Assembly (NCBI GenBank): GCA_951406725.2
Contig: OX597833.1
Coordinates: 36,208,001-36,272,000, forward strand
Length of the DNA: 64,000 nucleotides
Direction: 5' to 3'
Origin: Octopus vulgaris
Lineage: Eukaryota
Each line of letters begins with the position of its first letter. The first letter of the stretch is position 1. Shown here piece by piece: positions 26,267-44,725 of the stretch. Under the pieces are notes generated by a model, which was not told the DNA's origin, did no database searches, and saw only the letters and a list, made by a program, of their open reading frames with translations. The translations under genes and the position numbers were made by a program.

Positions 26267-26367
26267 TATGTATGTATGTACGTATATGTATGTATATATA
26301 TATATGTATATATATCTATATATATATATTATGTATATATATCTATCTGTTTGTCTGTCTCTGTCTG

Positions 26368-26423
<56 letters not shown>

Positions 26424-26436
26424 CATATATACATAT

Positions 26437-26467
<31 letters not shown>

Positions 26468-26751
26468 TAATAGGTCGAATCAACTCAATATACTGTAGGC
26501 AACCAATTGTTTCTACATCCTCAAATGAGTGGAGTCATGGTCTCCTACCTCTGGGTCCACTTCTACACCTACAAAATATTTAATGCAGATTTGAAGCAAA
26601 ATGGGGTGTGTTAGTGTGTGTTAGTGTGTGTGTGTGTGCGTGAGTGCCTACGTGCCTGCGTGTGTGTGTTTGATTATGTTGGGGTGTGGGTGAAACCATA
26701 TTATAATGACATAAATACTTACATGCAACTATGCATTCACCATTTTGATAC

Positions 26752-26835
<84 letters not shown>

Positions 26836-26838
<3 letters not shown>

Positions 26839-27030
26839 AGCGGGCACTGAAAAGAGTCTAATTTTAAGGGTCTCACGAAAGGCCAAGTTAGAGTCCCAAC
26901 AATCCGAGATCTTTTACAATGCTTAGAAAAACTGAAGTACCGCGACAATAAATGTGTAAATCCGAGAGAGGAATATGTTGAATAAAATCATAATTAACTG
27001 ATCCTTCTGTATTTTCTTTAACCAGAAGCC
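26836..27030 (+). mobile_element. Mariner-derived MITE (partial)
   Basis: Homologous to the copies at 31238, 42358 and 51062; retains the mariner C-terminus LEKLKYRDNKCVNPREEYVE*. Confidence 0.7.
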
Positions 27031-27155
27031 GTGTGTGTGTGTGTGTGTGTATGTGTGTGTGTGTGCGTGTGTGTTTGTGTTTGTACATAAATACATAAAT
27101 ATAAGTATATATATATATATATATTTACACATATGCATATATATATGCACATATA

Positions 27156-27195
<40 letters not shown>

Positions 27196-27279
27196 CACAT
27201 ATATGTTGATACATTCATTTACATACATACATATATGAACAAACATTTAAACGTACATAGTACCAAGTTTTTTTAAAAA

Positions 27280-27485
27280 AAGGTAAGTACTGGGATCTAT
27301 TTGTTCGATTAAACCCTTCAGAGTAGTGCCCCAGAATGGCCGTGGTAAGAAGCTTGCTTCCCAACTACGAGCTTCTGGTTCCAGGCCTACTGCGTGGCAC
27401 CTTAGACAAGTGTCGTCTGCTATAGCCTTGGGCCGACCAAAGCCTGGTGATTGGGTTTAGAATTCGAAAACAGAAAGAAGCCCAG
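27280..27485 (+). mobile_element. SINE family A tail-to-head fused fragments
   Basis: Tail GTGCCCCAGAATGGCCG joined directly to head TGGTAAGAAGCTTGCTTCCCAAC. Confidence 0.75.
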
Positions 27486-27499
27486 AGGACATATATGTA

Positions 27500-27711
27500 T
27501 ACTCTTTACTCTCTTTTACTTGTTTCAGTCATTTGACTGCGGCCATGCTGGAGCACCGCCTTTAGTCGAGCAAATCGACCCCGGGACTTATTCTTTGTAA
27601 GCCCAGTACTTATTCTATTGGTCTCTTTTGCTGAACTGCTAAGTGACGGGGACGTAAACACACCAGCATCGGTTGTCAAGCAATGCTAGGGGGACAAACA
27701 CACATACACAT

Positions 27712-27782
<71 letters not shown>

Positions 27783-27947
27783 TACAACAGGCTTCTTTCA
27801 GTTTCCGTCTACCAAATCCGCTCACAAGGCATTGGTCGGCCCGGGGCTATAGCAGAAGACACTTGCCCAAGATGCGACGCAGTAGGACTGAACCCGGAAC
27901 CATGTGGTTGGTTAGCAAGCTACTTACCACACAGCCACTCCTGCGCC
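27500..27947 (-). mobile_element. SINE family A, full length
   Basis: Complete head, internal (TA)n, body and (GAGTAAAA)-like tail. Confidence 0.93.
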
Positions 27948-27957
27948 TATACATATG

Positions 27958-28002
<45 letters not shown>

Positions 28003-28040
28003 TTATATATATATATGTATTTATATATATATATGTATAT

Positions 28041-28757
28041 ATTAGCATTAAAGACCCGTCGTTGCCGGGTCATAGTGCTAGTGCATGTATATATGTGTAT
28101 ATATATGTGTACATATTACATATATATACATCTACACATAAAATACAAAATACAAAGTTATATCTTGATATCGCTAGTGATAACAATACTCAAAATATAT
28201 AACAGACTGGAATTGTAAGCCCGTCTCTTGCAATTTCGATCAATTGTATCTTGTCCTCCCTCTTGTATAGAAGTGTATCTACAATCCAGCCTACCTCTAC
28301 TTCTGGTGGGGCGGGGCATTTTTAATCACATATAAGGCATGTTTAAAATTTGAATGGAATTGGTTGTGTAATTCTCAAGTTTTAGGGAATCGTAGTGGAG
28401 AAGATGTGATATTGCTGTGGGCTCGTCCTAGGCAAAAAGTTCAAAATTTTCTTTTTGCCGATGACACCCCTTCCCCGGACCCTAAGTAAGGCATGTGTAA
28501 AATTTGATTGAAATTGGTTGTGTAGTTCTCAAGTTTTAAGGAATCATAGTGGAGAAGATATGATATTGCTGTGGGCTCGCCCTAGGCAAAAAGTTCAATT
28601 TTTTTTTTGCCGATGACCCCCCCCCCCCGGACCCTAAGTAAGGCATGTGTAAAATTTGAATGAAATTGTTTGTGTAGTTCTCAAGTTTTAGGGAAACACA
28701 CAGACAGACAGACACACACACACACACACACATTCTCAGTTTTATATATATAAAGAT
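28041..28757 (+). mobile_element. Non-autonomous Helitron/Helentron (HINE/Lep1-like) element with internal ~153-bp tandem repeats
   Basis: 5' TAGC..GACCCG-TCGTTGC-CGGGTC hairpin (28053-28071); repeat units start at 28333, 28487 and 28639; 3' (CAGA)n(CA)n then ATTCTCAGTTTTATATATATAAAGAT. Confidence 0.65.
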
Positions 28758-29499
28758 ATTTTTTTACTTACACATACTCTCAATTATTCATATAGATGTC
28801 CGTGTGTGGATCTATATATCTATATATATATATATATATACATCTTTCGTATGATCATTTGAGGCACAAATCAAGGAAATCACCACAACAGTTGTATTCA
28901 GATCGGCCAGTCACATTCACTACATCTGATCCCAGATTTGTTCAGTTCGTCCCGACACACCGTTACAACCGTCACCCATCACAATTTTGTCATTCAATAG
29001 TTCGTCATCAATTATACTTCTACACAGGCAATTAATGGAACAGTTTTTGAAACTGAAACTTTCATTTGAATGAAACATAAAGCTTTGATACAATTGAATA
29101 CGAAATATCTTCGTCGGAAGAGCAAAATTACTTTAAGTATCATCATAATAAAATATAGAGGATAATGACGAAATCCTCTTACATCAAAACCACCATTTAA
29201 TTTAATGCTCATTTTGGAGGGAAATTAAACTAAACACTGAGAAAACGCATTCTGTTAGTTTAGCTCGAACTGCCATTTTTCTAACGCAATATATTCGCAA
29301 CGGCATTCAAGGCACATTCGACCAAGACTGTTGTTGAGAAGGACTTCATTAGCTGCTGAGCCTGCCTAGCATATTACCATAAGCATATTTTTCAAACTTC
29401 AATAATAGAATAGACCAAAATAAGATTAAATCTGAAGCATCACTTTTTGTGTTTTTGTTGTTATTTTTATATTTTGTGTTGTTTTTTTGTGATCACCCT

Positions 29500-29658
29500 T
29501 ATAGTTGTGTGGTAAAAGGTTTTCTTCCCAACCATATGGCTGCAGGTTCACTCTCACTGCGTGGCACCTTGGGCAGGTGTCTTCTGCTATAGCCTCGGGC
29601 CGACTGAAGCTTTGTGAGTATATTTGGTAGATGGAAACTGAAATAAGCCCGTCACATA

Positions 29659-29694
<36 letters not shown>

Positions 29695-30010
29695 TGTATG
29701 TATGTATGTATGTATGTATGTATGTATGTATGTATGTATGTATGTATGTATGTATGTATGTATGTATGTATGCATGTATGTAGGTACATATACGTGTGTC
29801 CTTGTATCTGTGCTTCTCCCCCACAACCGCTTGACATGTGGCGTTGGTGTGTTTACGTCCCCTTGATATAGCGGTTCGGCAAAAGTGGACCGTACAATAA
29901 TTACCAGGCTTAAAAGGAAAATAAATACTGGGATCGATTCCTTCGACTAAAATTCGTCAAGGCCGTGCCTCTGCGTGGCCGCAGTATAATGGCTGAAACA
30001 ACAAAAAATA
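29500..30010 (+). mobile_element. SINE family A (diverged) with internal (TATG)n
   Basis: Head, GTGGCACCTTGGGCAGGTGT, body and tail recognisable. Confidence 0.85.
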
Positions 30011-30147
30011 TATATATAGTGCACAAGGTATACTTTTTGTCAACTTGGAGATCATACTTTGACAAAGTTCCACCCCATTTACCCCATTGTTAAAATACAT
30101 TCCTTGGAAGCAAAACACATCTCATTTGCGATGCGTGAGAATATGTA

Positions 30148-31035
30148 CAGGGTGCGGTGAATAAACAGTTGTATAAATTATGCAAAAATTAAAATATCAC
30201 TAACATCTCATTTTAACAGATATATTTACCAAAATTGCATAAAAATATCTTGAAATACTAAAGATTAGACTTATTCAATAAAATCTCCATTGACTTCAAC
30301 CACGACCTCCAGATGACTTCGGAATCTCCTATAACTCCTCTGAACGGTTTCCTTGTTTAAGTTGGAGAATGCTGCCATAATCCTTGCTTTCAGTTCATCT
30401 TTGGTGTTACAAGGCGTTTTGTTGGTCTCTCGCTCAACTGTGCTCCACACAGAATAATCAAGAGGGTTGCAGTGTGTGAAGTTAGGTGGCCAGATGCTAG
30501 AGATAATGTGGTTGCAGAAATTGTCTGACACCCATGACTGGGAGATCCTGCTTGTGTGGCATAGTGCAGAGTCCTGTTGCTAGACATAGGATCTTCCAAC
30601 AGCCACCCTCTTCACCCAGGGCAGCACAACCTCCTCCAGACACTTGATGTAGGCCTCCCTGTTGAGTGTGATACGTATGGGAAGATGAATGGAGGCATAA
30701 CATCGCCGTCACTAGTGATCATTCCAAACACCATGATGTTGGCTGAATGTTTGATTTTTATCACTCTCGGTACATGTCTTCAGATTGCACTGTCCTCAGA
30801 CTGACACCCAAAGAATCTGAGATGTTCGTATTAGAGCTTCCGGCGCGAATGCCAAGCAGTAAGAATGTCGTTTCCAAATTTCTGGCAGAGTGAATTGCGT
30901 CATGGTGTTGTTTTTGTCAGAGACGGTTCCCAACTGACCCTACTATACTGTGTAATCGACAAAATCAAAAACAAACAATGAGCATGCGCGAAATAAAAAA
31001 TTATAAAACGGCTACAATTTACCCATCACACCCTG
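30148..31035 (-). mobile_element. Internally deleted maT/DD37D-like DNA transposon with TIRs
   Basis: Imperfect TIRs CAGGGTG.. at 30148 (after TA) and ..CACCCTG at 31035; WPPNFTHCNPLDYSVW, VVEVNGDFIE*, MVFGMITSDG motifs. Confidence 0.88.
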
Positions 31036-31237
31036 AATGTTTTATTCACAGCAATATCTTACACAAGTGAAAGACCATGTAACTAACGAAATGAGTTCAC
31101 AACCCCTTATTTCTTTCAATAATAGTTAGATAGAGAGAGAGACAGACAGACAGACAGAAAGAGAGACAGACAGACAGACAGAAAGAGAGACAGACAGACA
31201 GACAGACAGAGAGAGTACATACATACAAACACACATA

Positions 31238-31448
31238 TATGAGGGTGCTGATAAGTTCCTGTCTTTAAGGGTATCACTAAAGTACTACTTCGAGGCCCAA
31301 ATTTCCGAGTTCATTTACAAGGCTTACAAAAATTTAAAGACCGCTGCAATGAGCGTGTAATTCCGAGAGGGAAATATGCTGAATAAAATCATAATTATCT
31401 GTATTTTCTTTTACCCAAAGCGAGGAACTTTTCGGCACCACATCTCAT
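31238..31448 (+). mobile_element. Mariner-derived MITE
   Basis: TIRs GAGGGTGCTGATAAGTTCCTG and GGAACTTTTCGGCACC..CTC; internal KCV..RGKYAE*-like remnant. Confidence 0.75.
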
Positions 31449-31579
31449 ATATGTCCATACATATACATATATGTTTAAATATACATTATTATCTCTGTAG
31501 ATACATATATGTATTTATACACACACACACACACACACACATATACATACAAATATTTATACATACACATACGCACACA

Positions 31580-31637
<58 letters not shown>

Positions 31638-31675
31638 TAAATATGTACATGCATATATGTGTGTATGTATGTATG

Positions 31676-31716
<41 letters not shown>

Positions 31717-31778
31717 CAAATAAGAAAATGGAAGAGAACAATAGTTGGTTCATCAACTTTGGGACATTGAAAATGTTA

Positions 31779-31832
<54 letters not shown>

Positions 31833-31874
31833 CATACATACATACATACATACATACATACATACATACATACA

Positions 31875-31907
<33 letters not shown>

Positions 31908-31953
31908 GTGGTGAAACAAATCTTTTGCTGAACCCTAATTATAATTATACTCA

Positions 31954-31999
<46 letters not shown>

Positions 32000-32029
32000 A
32001 GAGTTATAGAATGGAGTAGGTAAGATTCA

Positions 32030-32113
32030 GACTACATATGTTTCATAGCGAGAAGAACCTCAGAAGTGGTAAAAATCCAAGGAAGGTGTATACCGCCGGC
32101 TACTCTTCAGGCC
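32030..32113 (-). ncRNA. Type I hammerhead ribozyme motif (left arm)
   Basis: GGC CTGAAGA GTAGC-[49 nt]-GCTAT GAAAC ATAT GTA GTC; palindromic stem III ACATATGT. Confidence 0.72.
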
Positions 32114-32189
32114 AAGGATATTTTGATTAAATGCGTCAAGATGTACCTCCTTGAGACAATGTAACCCTTAATTCACTCAAGATGGCCTT

Positions 32190-32274
32190 GGCCTGAAGAA
32201 CAGCCGGTGGTATACACCTCGTTTTGGATTCTTACCACTTCTGAGGTTCAGTTCGTTATGAAATATATGTAGCC
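32190..32274 (+). ncRNA. Type I hammerhead ribozyme motif (right arm, more degenerate)
   Basis: GGC CTGAAGA ACAGC...GTTAT GAAAT ATAT GTA GCC; stem I GGC/GCC. Confidence 0.6.
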
Positions 32275-32509
32275 CGGATATTTCCTATTCAGGTCCGTAA
32301 CTCTTGTGTTCTTATTCGCACACCCGGCAACCCTGATCGCCTACCGTGAAATATAGAGAGAACTTTTTTTCAGCTTCGATACAAAAAAAAAAATCGGCAA
32401 CCTCCCGTCTCAATAAACCTCTATTGTCCCTGGAAGTTATTTTTAATATTTACTACGGATTGCTTGAAGCTAACTTTCTTCCTACTCCTCGATCCCTAGA
32501 TCTTACATT

Positions 32510-32549
<40 letters not shown>

Positions 32550-33344
32550 CGCGCGCGCGTGTGTGTGTGTGTAGTTTTTATATACTAACATAAAGTATGT
32601 TCATTATGTTCATAACTAACCAACTACAACAAATATGACCAAAAAGTACAGAAATTTGGCACTCAAAAACTTAGAGGAAATATTAATAACGTCAAATCAG
32701 GAAATGAAAACATTAAGGGAAAACGCCTTTACCAGAAAAAGTTGACTTCCACGAACCAGTAGTAATTGCATGTGGTTGTAACTTATATACTGTTTTTACC
32801 ATTAATTTCGTCAAAGAACGAAGATCCGTGTCTATGAACCTTTACAGGGCCTGCGAGATTAGAGAAAGAGGAAGTTATCCTCAAACTGGAGCGCCTTCTG
32901 CCACGGATTGAGCCTATCCCTAAAGAACAGGAACTGTCCAACCGTTAAACTTTCACACAGCAGTGTATGTCTACCAAATTCTATTCAAGTGGCTTTAGTC
33001 AACGTGTGGTTATTGCTAAATAGACAAGCCCAAAGTTTCACAGGGCTGCAGTGGTAATGTAAAGTTCTTACATGGACAATTAAAAAAGAAAAGAAAAGAA
33101 ACGGGGCTAAAATTATTTGAATTAAAAATCTGGAATAAGAAATAGAATTCAATAATAATTTATCGGGAAGGAATATAACCATTTTTTTTTTCGAAAGAGG
33201 CATAAAGGTGGTAACGTTCTACTGCTCGAGTGTTCATCTAAATGATTTTTGGCTTGACAAAGAACGGACAAATCCTCTAACCAAGAATTAAAACATTGAG
33301 TTGGCAGAGAACTGTTGGCTTGTCACTTGCCTCAGTATCAACCT

Positions 33345-33540
33345 TTTTCTCTTTTACTGTTTTTTTTTTCAGTCATCGGACTGCGGTCATACTGGAGCAG
33401 TACTTTGTATGATTAGTTGAACAAAGTGACCCCGATACTGTTTTTAAGTTTAGTACTTACTGTATCTCTCTCTTATGTCTAAAGACAAAGTTACGGGGAG
33501 GTAAACGGTGCGAGGGGAGACAAACACAACGACACAGGAA
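33345..33540 (-). mobile_element. SINE family A 3' half (diverged); matching 5' half probably at 34500-34633
   Basis: Tail TTCAGTCATCGGACTGCGGTCATACTGGAGCA; head remnant CCAAGGTGCCATGCAGTGG..GCCATGCCTGCAC about 1 kb further right. Confidence 0.65.
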
Positions 33541-33736
33541 CATGCAAGCAAGGGTGTATGCATTGTATGTTTGCATGCATGCAGGGAGTAAGTAACAGTC
33601 GACAACTGAGGAGGGGTTAGACTTCTTGTGGGATTTTGTCCCGTACTTGTTTCTCATTATGTATTTTTCATTCATTGGCGATGTCTGTAAATGATGTATT
33701 TTCTATGCATTTATATATACATACATATATTATATA

Positions 33737-33834
<98 letters not shown>

Positions 33835-34032
33835 AGTATATATGTATATATATATGTAATTATATCTATATAAATATATATATGTATATATATGTATATA
33901 TATGTATGTATATATATGTATATAAATGTTTGTATATATATATGTGTATATATATATATATATGTATGTATATGTATATATATGTATAATTATACATATA
34001 TGTATATGCATATATATATACATATGTAATGC

Positions 34033-34078
<46 letters not shown>

Positions 34079-34186
34079 CGTATGTATATATATACGTATA
34101 TATATATATATATTTGTGTATGTGTGTGTATGTTGATGCAAACGGGAAAAATATAACTCAAAATATGAGTATATGTACATTTTTAG

Positions 34187-34330
34187 TAATATTTAGCAGA
34201 AGCAACAGAGTGACAAAAGGAACGAGAGTTTCGTGCGTTGGCACTTATCAAGTCCCAAAACATGAAGCTCAAGTGCCAACGCACGAAACTCTCGTTCCTT
34301 TTGTCACTTTGTTGCTTCTGCTAAATATTA
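34187..34330. repeat. Fold-back inverted repeat with hammerhead-like stem II/GAAAC
   Basis: 60-bp near-perfect arms, 24-nt spacer; arms read GTGC-CAAC-GCAC GAAAC TCTC GTT; the left arm on the minus strand is preceded by a degenerate core CTTGATAA. Confidence 0.85.
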
Positions 34331-34415
34331 ATATTAATGAATATGTGTGTGTGTGTGTGTGTGTCTATATATATATACATAGGCGTATGCATATACACAC
34401 AAACGCGCACACACT

Positions 34416-34491
<76 letters not shown>

Positions 34492-35014
34492 TACATATAT
34501 CCGATAGGTTTTCACACAGTTACCGTCTAATTACCGTCTAGAACAGACAGGTCCAAGGTGCCATGCAGTGGATTTGACCCGAATTCAAGTGGTTGCAAAG
34601 AAATCTTATTAATATCATAGCCATGCCTGCACGTAAGCCACTACGTTCGTGTATGAATATACTGTACACAGGTTGTTCATATAATTCTTTCCAGTTTTAT
34701 TGTGAGTTCAACAAGGTAGTAATTTAGCAATAATAGTTACTGCCCCGCTTATTGCCCTTAAAGTTCTTGCAAGTACCTGGTAATTAATAATCCTTAATTT
34801 TGTCACTGGAAGCATAACAAATGCTTCCATTATTAGGAATGTTTCAAAGGGAATATTCTGAGGAAATTGTTGGTGCTTCTGCTTATTTTGTCCCAAGAAC
34901 TGCTGTCATTTCTTTTACAAAACTGTAGTGGTTCCTAAGTTGCACAAAAACACCAAAATACAAGAATATATACCATGTCACTGAAAATATCTGAAATTCT
35001 GATAACAGCTGGTC

Positions 35015-35476
35015 CAGTGATTCCCAACGAGGGTCATACGTCCCATGGTGGTGGCTGGGAAAATCGTGGTGTGACATGGGATCCCAAAGTTTTTTGGGTT
35101 TTTTTTAGTTTTAGTTTTATTTGGTTGAGTGTGGTTTTAGTACTGTTGACGATTTGCTTCTGGCCAAGAGAAATGGTGATTTATAGCTAAAGCTAATAAA
35201 ATTGTCTCCTCGAATTAAAGAAATCTGCCATAGTCACCAGGCACAAGGTTTACATTAAAGTGATTCACAGTTTTTTTGTTTTTATTTCTTTGTTAATAAC
35301 GTACTTTTTTTCTTGTACTCAGTACTTGATAAAAGAGTTACCGGCAGATTCGTTTATATTAAATAATTGTGATGAAATATCAAAAATAAAGTTGTTTTTT
35401 CCCAACCTCTAGAGGGGCTTACATTTTTCCGAAAAGTTATAGTGGGTACTGGGGGAAAGATAACTGGGAAACATTG
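35015..35476. mobile_element. hAT/Charlie-like MITE
   Basis: TIR-like CAGTGATTCCCAAC...AACTGGGAAACATTG; flanking 8-mers AGCTGGTC and AACTGGAC (6/8) fit a decayed 8-bp TSD. Confidence 0.6.
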
Positions 35477-35698
35477 AACTGGACCTAGTAAAATTTTCAG
35501 CTAGCATAGAAATGAAATTTGGTAGAAATAAACGTTCGTATTTGCTATTTGGACGCGGTTAAGTGCTTCTCACATCAAAATCATTTACGTCGTCATCTCT
35601 GGATTTCGACAAATACTCAGATTTTGTATCATATACCTTTCATTTTTGGATTTGGTTTGCAAAATTCTTTTTGTGAGTTTGTGTGTTGAAGCATATTT

Positions 35699-35928
35699 TG
35701 TTGTGTCTGGGGAGAGTCATTTTTCTTTTGTGCCTTATAATTTAACACATTCACTGGTAAAATTTCTTATTTTTATTTCTTAAAACTTATTTCTTAAAAC
35801 TTATTTATCTTCCTAAAATTTTCGTTGCATCTTCCAACCTTAATAGTCTTGAAATAAGTGGAAATTTTACCGGTGAGTGTTTTAAATTATAAGGCACAAA
35901 AGGAAAATGACTCACCCCAGACACAACA
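35699..35928. repeat. Fold-back inverted repeat (Penelope-like terminus)
   Basis: Arms of about 68 bp (TGTTGTGTCTGGGGAGAGTCATTTTTCTTTTGTGCCTTATAATTTAA..) with a spacer of about 95 bp; left flank resembles 6150-6210. Confidence 0.85.
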
Positions 35929-35964
35929 GAGTATCATATACAGACAGTGTGGAAAACAAGGGAG

Positions 35965-36640
35965 TCGAAGCAGGTGGGACTGCTGTAAGATTCTTGCTTC
36001 ATAAACCACATGGTTCCGAGTTGAGTCACACTGTGGGGTACCGTGTGCAAGTGGCATTTACTATACCCAAAGACACATGAGTGGAGTTGGCAGACGGTCG
36101 TATATATCTATGTGTGTGCGTGTGTGTATCTGTGTGTGCGTGTATCTATGTGTGGGCTTTTTTGTTTGTATGCGTCCCCAAATACTGCTTCACAACCAGA
36201 GCCGGTTTGTTTACGTCCTCCTATACATAGCGGTTCGACAAAAAGTGATAGAGAGAAGAAGCAACAAGCTTTTAAGACAAAATAAGTACTGGGATCGATT
36301 TGTTCTATTAAACCCTTCTGAGCTGTACCCCAGCATGGGCGTGTTAAGAATCTTACTTCCCAACCACATGGTTCTGGTTTCAGTCTCACTGCGTGGAACC
36401 TTCAGCAAGTGTTTTCTACTATAGCCTTAGGCCGACCAAAGCCTTATGAGTGGTTTAACAGTTGGAAACTGAAAGAAGCCTTTCATGTGTATATGTGTGT
36501 GTGTGTGCGTGTGTGTGTCTTTGTGTCTGTGTTTGTTGCCCAAAACCACTTGACAAGTGGTATTGATGTGTTTACGTTCCCGTAACTTAGCGGTTCGCCG
36601 AAAGACACCGAGAGAATAAGTACCAGGTTTAGAATAATAA
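35965..36640 (+). mobile_element. Tandem pair of diverged SINE family A copies fused tail-to-head
   Basis: First copy 35965-36340 ends CCCAGCATGGGCG and runs into a second head TGTTAAGAATCTTACTTCCCAACCACATGG. Confidence 0.8.
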
Positions 36641-36748
36641 TTTTTCTTAAAGTATATCTGCTTTATCGATAACAATTTTCAATGATTTTGTGAAGCCGTG
36701 CATCTATGTGCGCGTGCGCGTGCGTGTGTGTGTGGTGTGTATGTGTGT

Positions 36749-36809
<61 letters not shown>

Positions 36810-36899
36810 TGTTCGAAATAAAAATGATCATACAATGCTGCTTGTGGTGGTGATGATTGTGATTATGGTGATGATATTTACGGTAGTAATTATAAACCA

Positions 36900-41870
<4,971 letters not shown>

Positions 41871-42357
41871 GCGATAATCCGTCTAGATATGTCTGTACAT
41901 AATGCCAGCGTTCCAATCAGGACCATCCCGTCTTTTCAAGGTTTTTAAGAATAGGTTATCGAATGAGTCCTGTCCTATTTTTCTCAGCTTGATACGATTT
42001 GAGGGAAATCTAGCACTTATTTCCAGTGGATCGCGTGAAATCTGGCTGTTATTTCGAGCGGATCGGTTCCTCCGTTGGCTCGGTTGTTAGTATTGTGTCA
42101 TTACATAACTGTGACTGTATGTCTGTGAGTGTGAGCGCGCGTGTGTACGCGTGTGTAATGTGCGCCTGCACGTTACTTTTATGTCTATATATTTTCATAT
42201 TTTCGTGAAATACGTTTGCTATAATGCGTTGGTTTGTTGTTTAACCCCAGATCAGCCCTGATTCAGCATGAAGAAAAGTGTCACAGCCGTGAAGTATTCC
42301 GTCTTTTCGTATATCTAGTACATTGTGTAACGAAGCCTTCATTTTCTTATATATATA

Positions 42358-42562
42358 TACAAGGGGATACTCAAGAGTTTCTGGCTTTGGGTATAAGAAA
42401 GTACAGGAGGATCAGTTAATTATGATTTTTTCCAACATATTCCCCTCAGATTTCTCACACTTATTGCAGCGGTCCTTCAGTCTATCTAAGCCCTGTAAAA
42501 GAACTCGGAAGGCTGGGCCTCCATCCCTTAAAGCCAGGAACTTTTCAGCACCCGCTAGTGTA
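42358..42562 (-). mobile_element. Mariner-derived MITE inserted in a family D copy
   Basis: Reverse complement of the 51062 and 31238 copies; TIR CCAGGAACTTTTCAGCACCC. Confidence 0.78.
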
Positions 42563-44110
42563 TATATATATAGTCAGGTACAATGTAAAAAGAGAGAATT
42601 CGGCTGCTATTTCTAGCAAGTCGAATGACCATTTAGATGCCCTCGCATGTTGGATCATGTTTAGTGTGTGGGTCAGGAGAAAGATATGTGTCTGTGTGTC
42701 CGTGTGTGTGTTTGTGTGTACTATATGTCTGTTAATATCTCTATACGTGACAGTGTAAACTTACGAGTGTTTGTCCGTGTGTTTGAGTCGTGCAAAATAT
42801 ACCAGGGTGTGGCTGTAAAGCGTGCGTATGTGCATGCGCGCGCGCGTGGGTGCGTACGTGTAGTGTGCGTGTGTGTCTGAGTTGGGCTGGCGTAACAGGG
42901 TGTGTGAATATTGTTATTATTGTAGTTTAAAGCTAACCGTGTAGATCCATAGTCAAACTTTCCAATCATGACCAACACACCTCTTCGTGCATTTAGGACT
43001 ACATGGTATGTCCTTCATTTTATAAGATAGCAGGATGCGACTTGACGGGATCGGACTGCTGTTTCTAGCAGGTTACGCATCTGTATTATTTGTGTCTCTT
43101 TATGTATGTATGTACGTATGTATGCATGCATGTATGTATGTATATATGTATGTATACGTGTTTTACAGTGTTTGTGTGTGTGTGTCTGTGTGTGAGAGAG
43201 AGAGAGAGAGTCTATGTAGGTAAAAAGGGCGTAGATGTGTATGTATTTATGTTTGTGTATGTGTAAGCAGCAACAGTGAGGGTATGCGCGTGTACACAGA
43301 AGTCCAGAGGAGTGTGTGTGCATGGATACGTCTGCTTAAGTGAATATGTATGCGTATATTACAGGACGTCTAATCTCTAAGCGTGTGTGTATACAGACAC
43401 AGAGGACGTCCGTGCGGCAGGACATCCGTCTTGGAATATTGTTGGGTGGATACAGCAAGCAACTTGTGTGCATGCTTGTGTGTTTGAATGTGCATATAGA
43501 CGTATAGATATGTGTGTGAGTATGTGTGTGTGTGTGTGGAGGTATTAGTATTTATATGCATATATGCAAATTTACATGTATATGCATATATAATGACGTG
43601 TGTGCGTGAATGTATTTAGGACAGTGTTTGCCTGAGATTCACAACCAGTGAATGTGGGTGATTACAGGTTAGGCTTGTGCGAAGTTGTGTATGGGCGCGT
43701 GCGTATGTGTGTGTGTGTGTGTGTGCATGTGTGTATGTGTGTATGTGTGTATGTATGTGTGCGCGCGTTTGTGTGTCTATAACGATATGTACGTACGTGA
43801 GTGTAAGGGTTATGTGCATTTGTATTTTACATATAGGAAGACATGAGCGTATCTGTGTCAGAGTATAAACGTGTGCGTGTGTGTATGTGTTAGTGTGTGT
43901 GTGTATGTGTGTGTGAGTAGCCGCGCGCTCGTCTGTGTGTGTGTTACTGTGTCTGTGTGTCTGAGTGTGGTAGGTGATGTAACTGTTGATATAAAGAAGG
44001 ATGTAGGATATGGGAGGTGAGGTGTGAGGAATGTTTGTGCTGAAGTGGTCTACTTGAATGCTGTGTGCTGCGTCATGTATGAAGCTACGACACAACACGT
44101 ACACACTGAC

Positions 44111-44168
<58 letters not shown>

Positions 44169-44202
44169 CTCTGTGTGTATATTTGTATGTAAATATATGT
44201 AT

Positions 44203-44261
<59 letters not shown>

Positions 44262-44686
44262 ATATATATATGTGTGTGTGTGTGTATATATATATATATA
44301 CATACTGAGAGAGAGAGAGAGAGAGAGAGCGGAAGAGAAAATATTTTATTAACATGGACAAATATAAGTTTATATACACACTTATTAGTATGTATCTGCA
44401 TACACAAACATATATGTATGTATGTATGTATGTATGCATGTATGTATGTATGTAGGTATGTGTGTATGTATATGTATATATATATATATACATATATGTA
44501 TATATATATGTATATTTATAAATGCATGTATATGAATTTATATATGCATACATATATATACATGTGTGTATACATATGTGTGTGTGTCCATGTATAAATA
44601 GAAACATTTATGTGCGTATATGTATGTATTATATATAAACACGTGCACATACACACCCATATGTATATACATGTATGTGTACACAA

Positions 44687-44725
<39 letters not shown>

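Larger units (their letters stand above)
31997..32307. repeat. Fold-back element whose two arms each contain a hammerhead ribozyme motif
   Basis: Arms 31997-32117 and 32186-32307 are diverged reverse complements; unique spacer of about 68 bp; (TA)n on the left. Confidence 0.85.

Noticed and set aside
28333-28700. Direct repeats as a CRISPR-like array
   Set aside because: Contiguous tandem units with no unique spacers, eukaryotic context, no cas genes.
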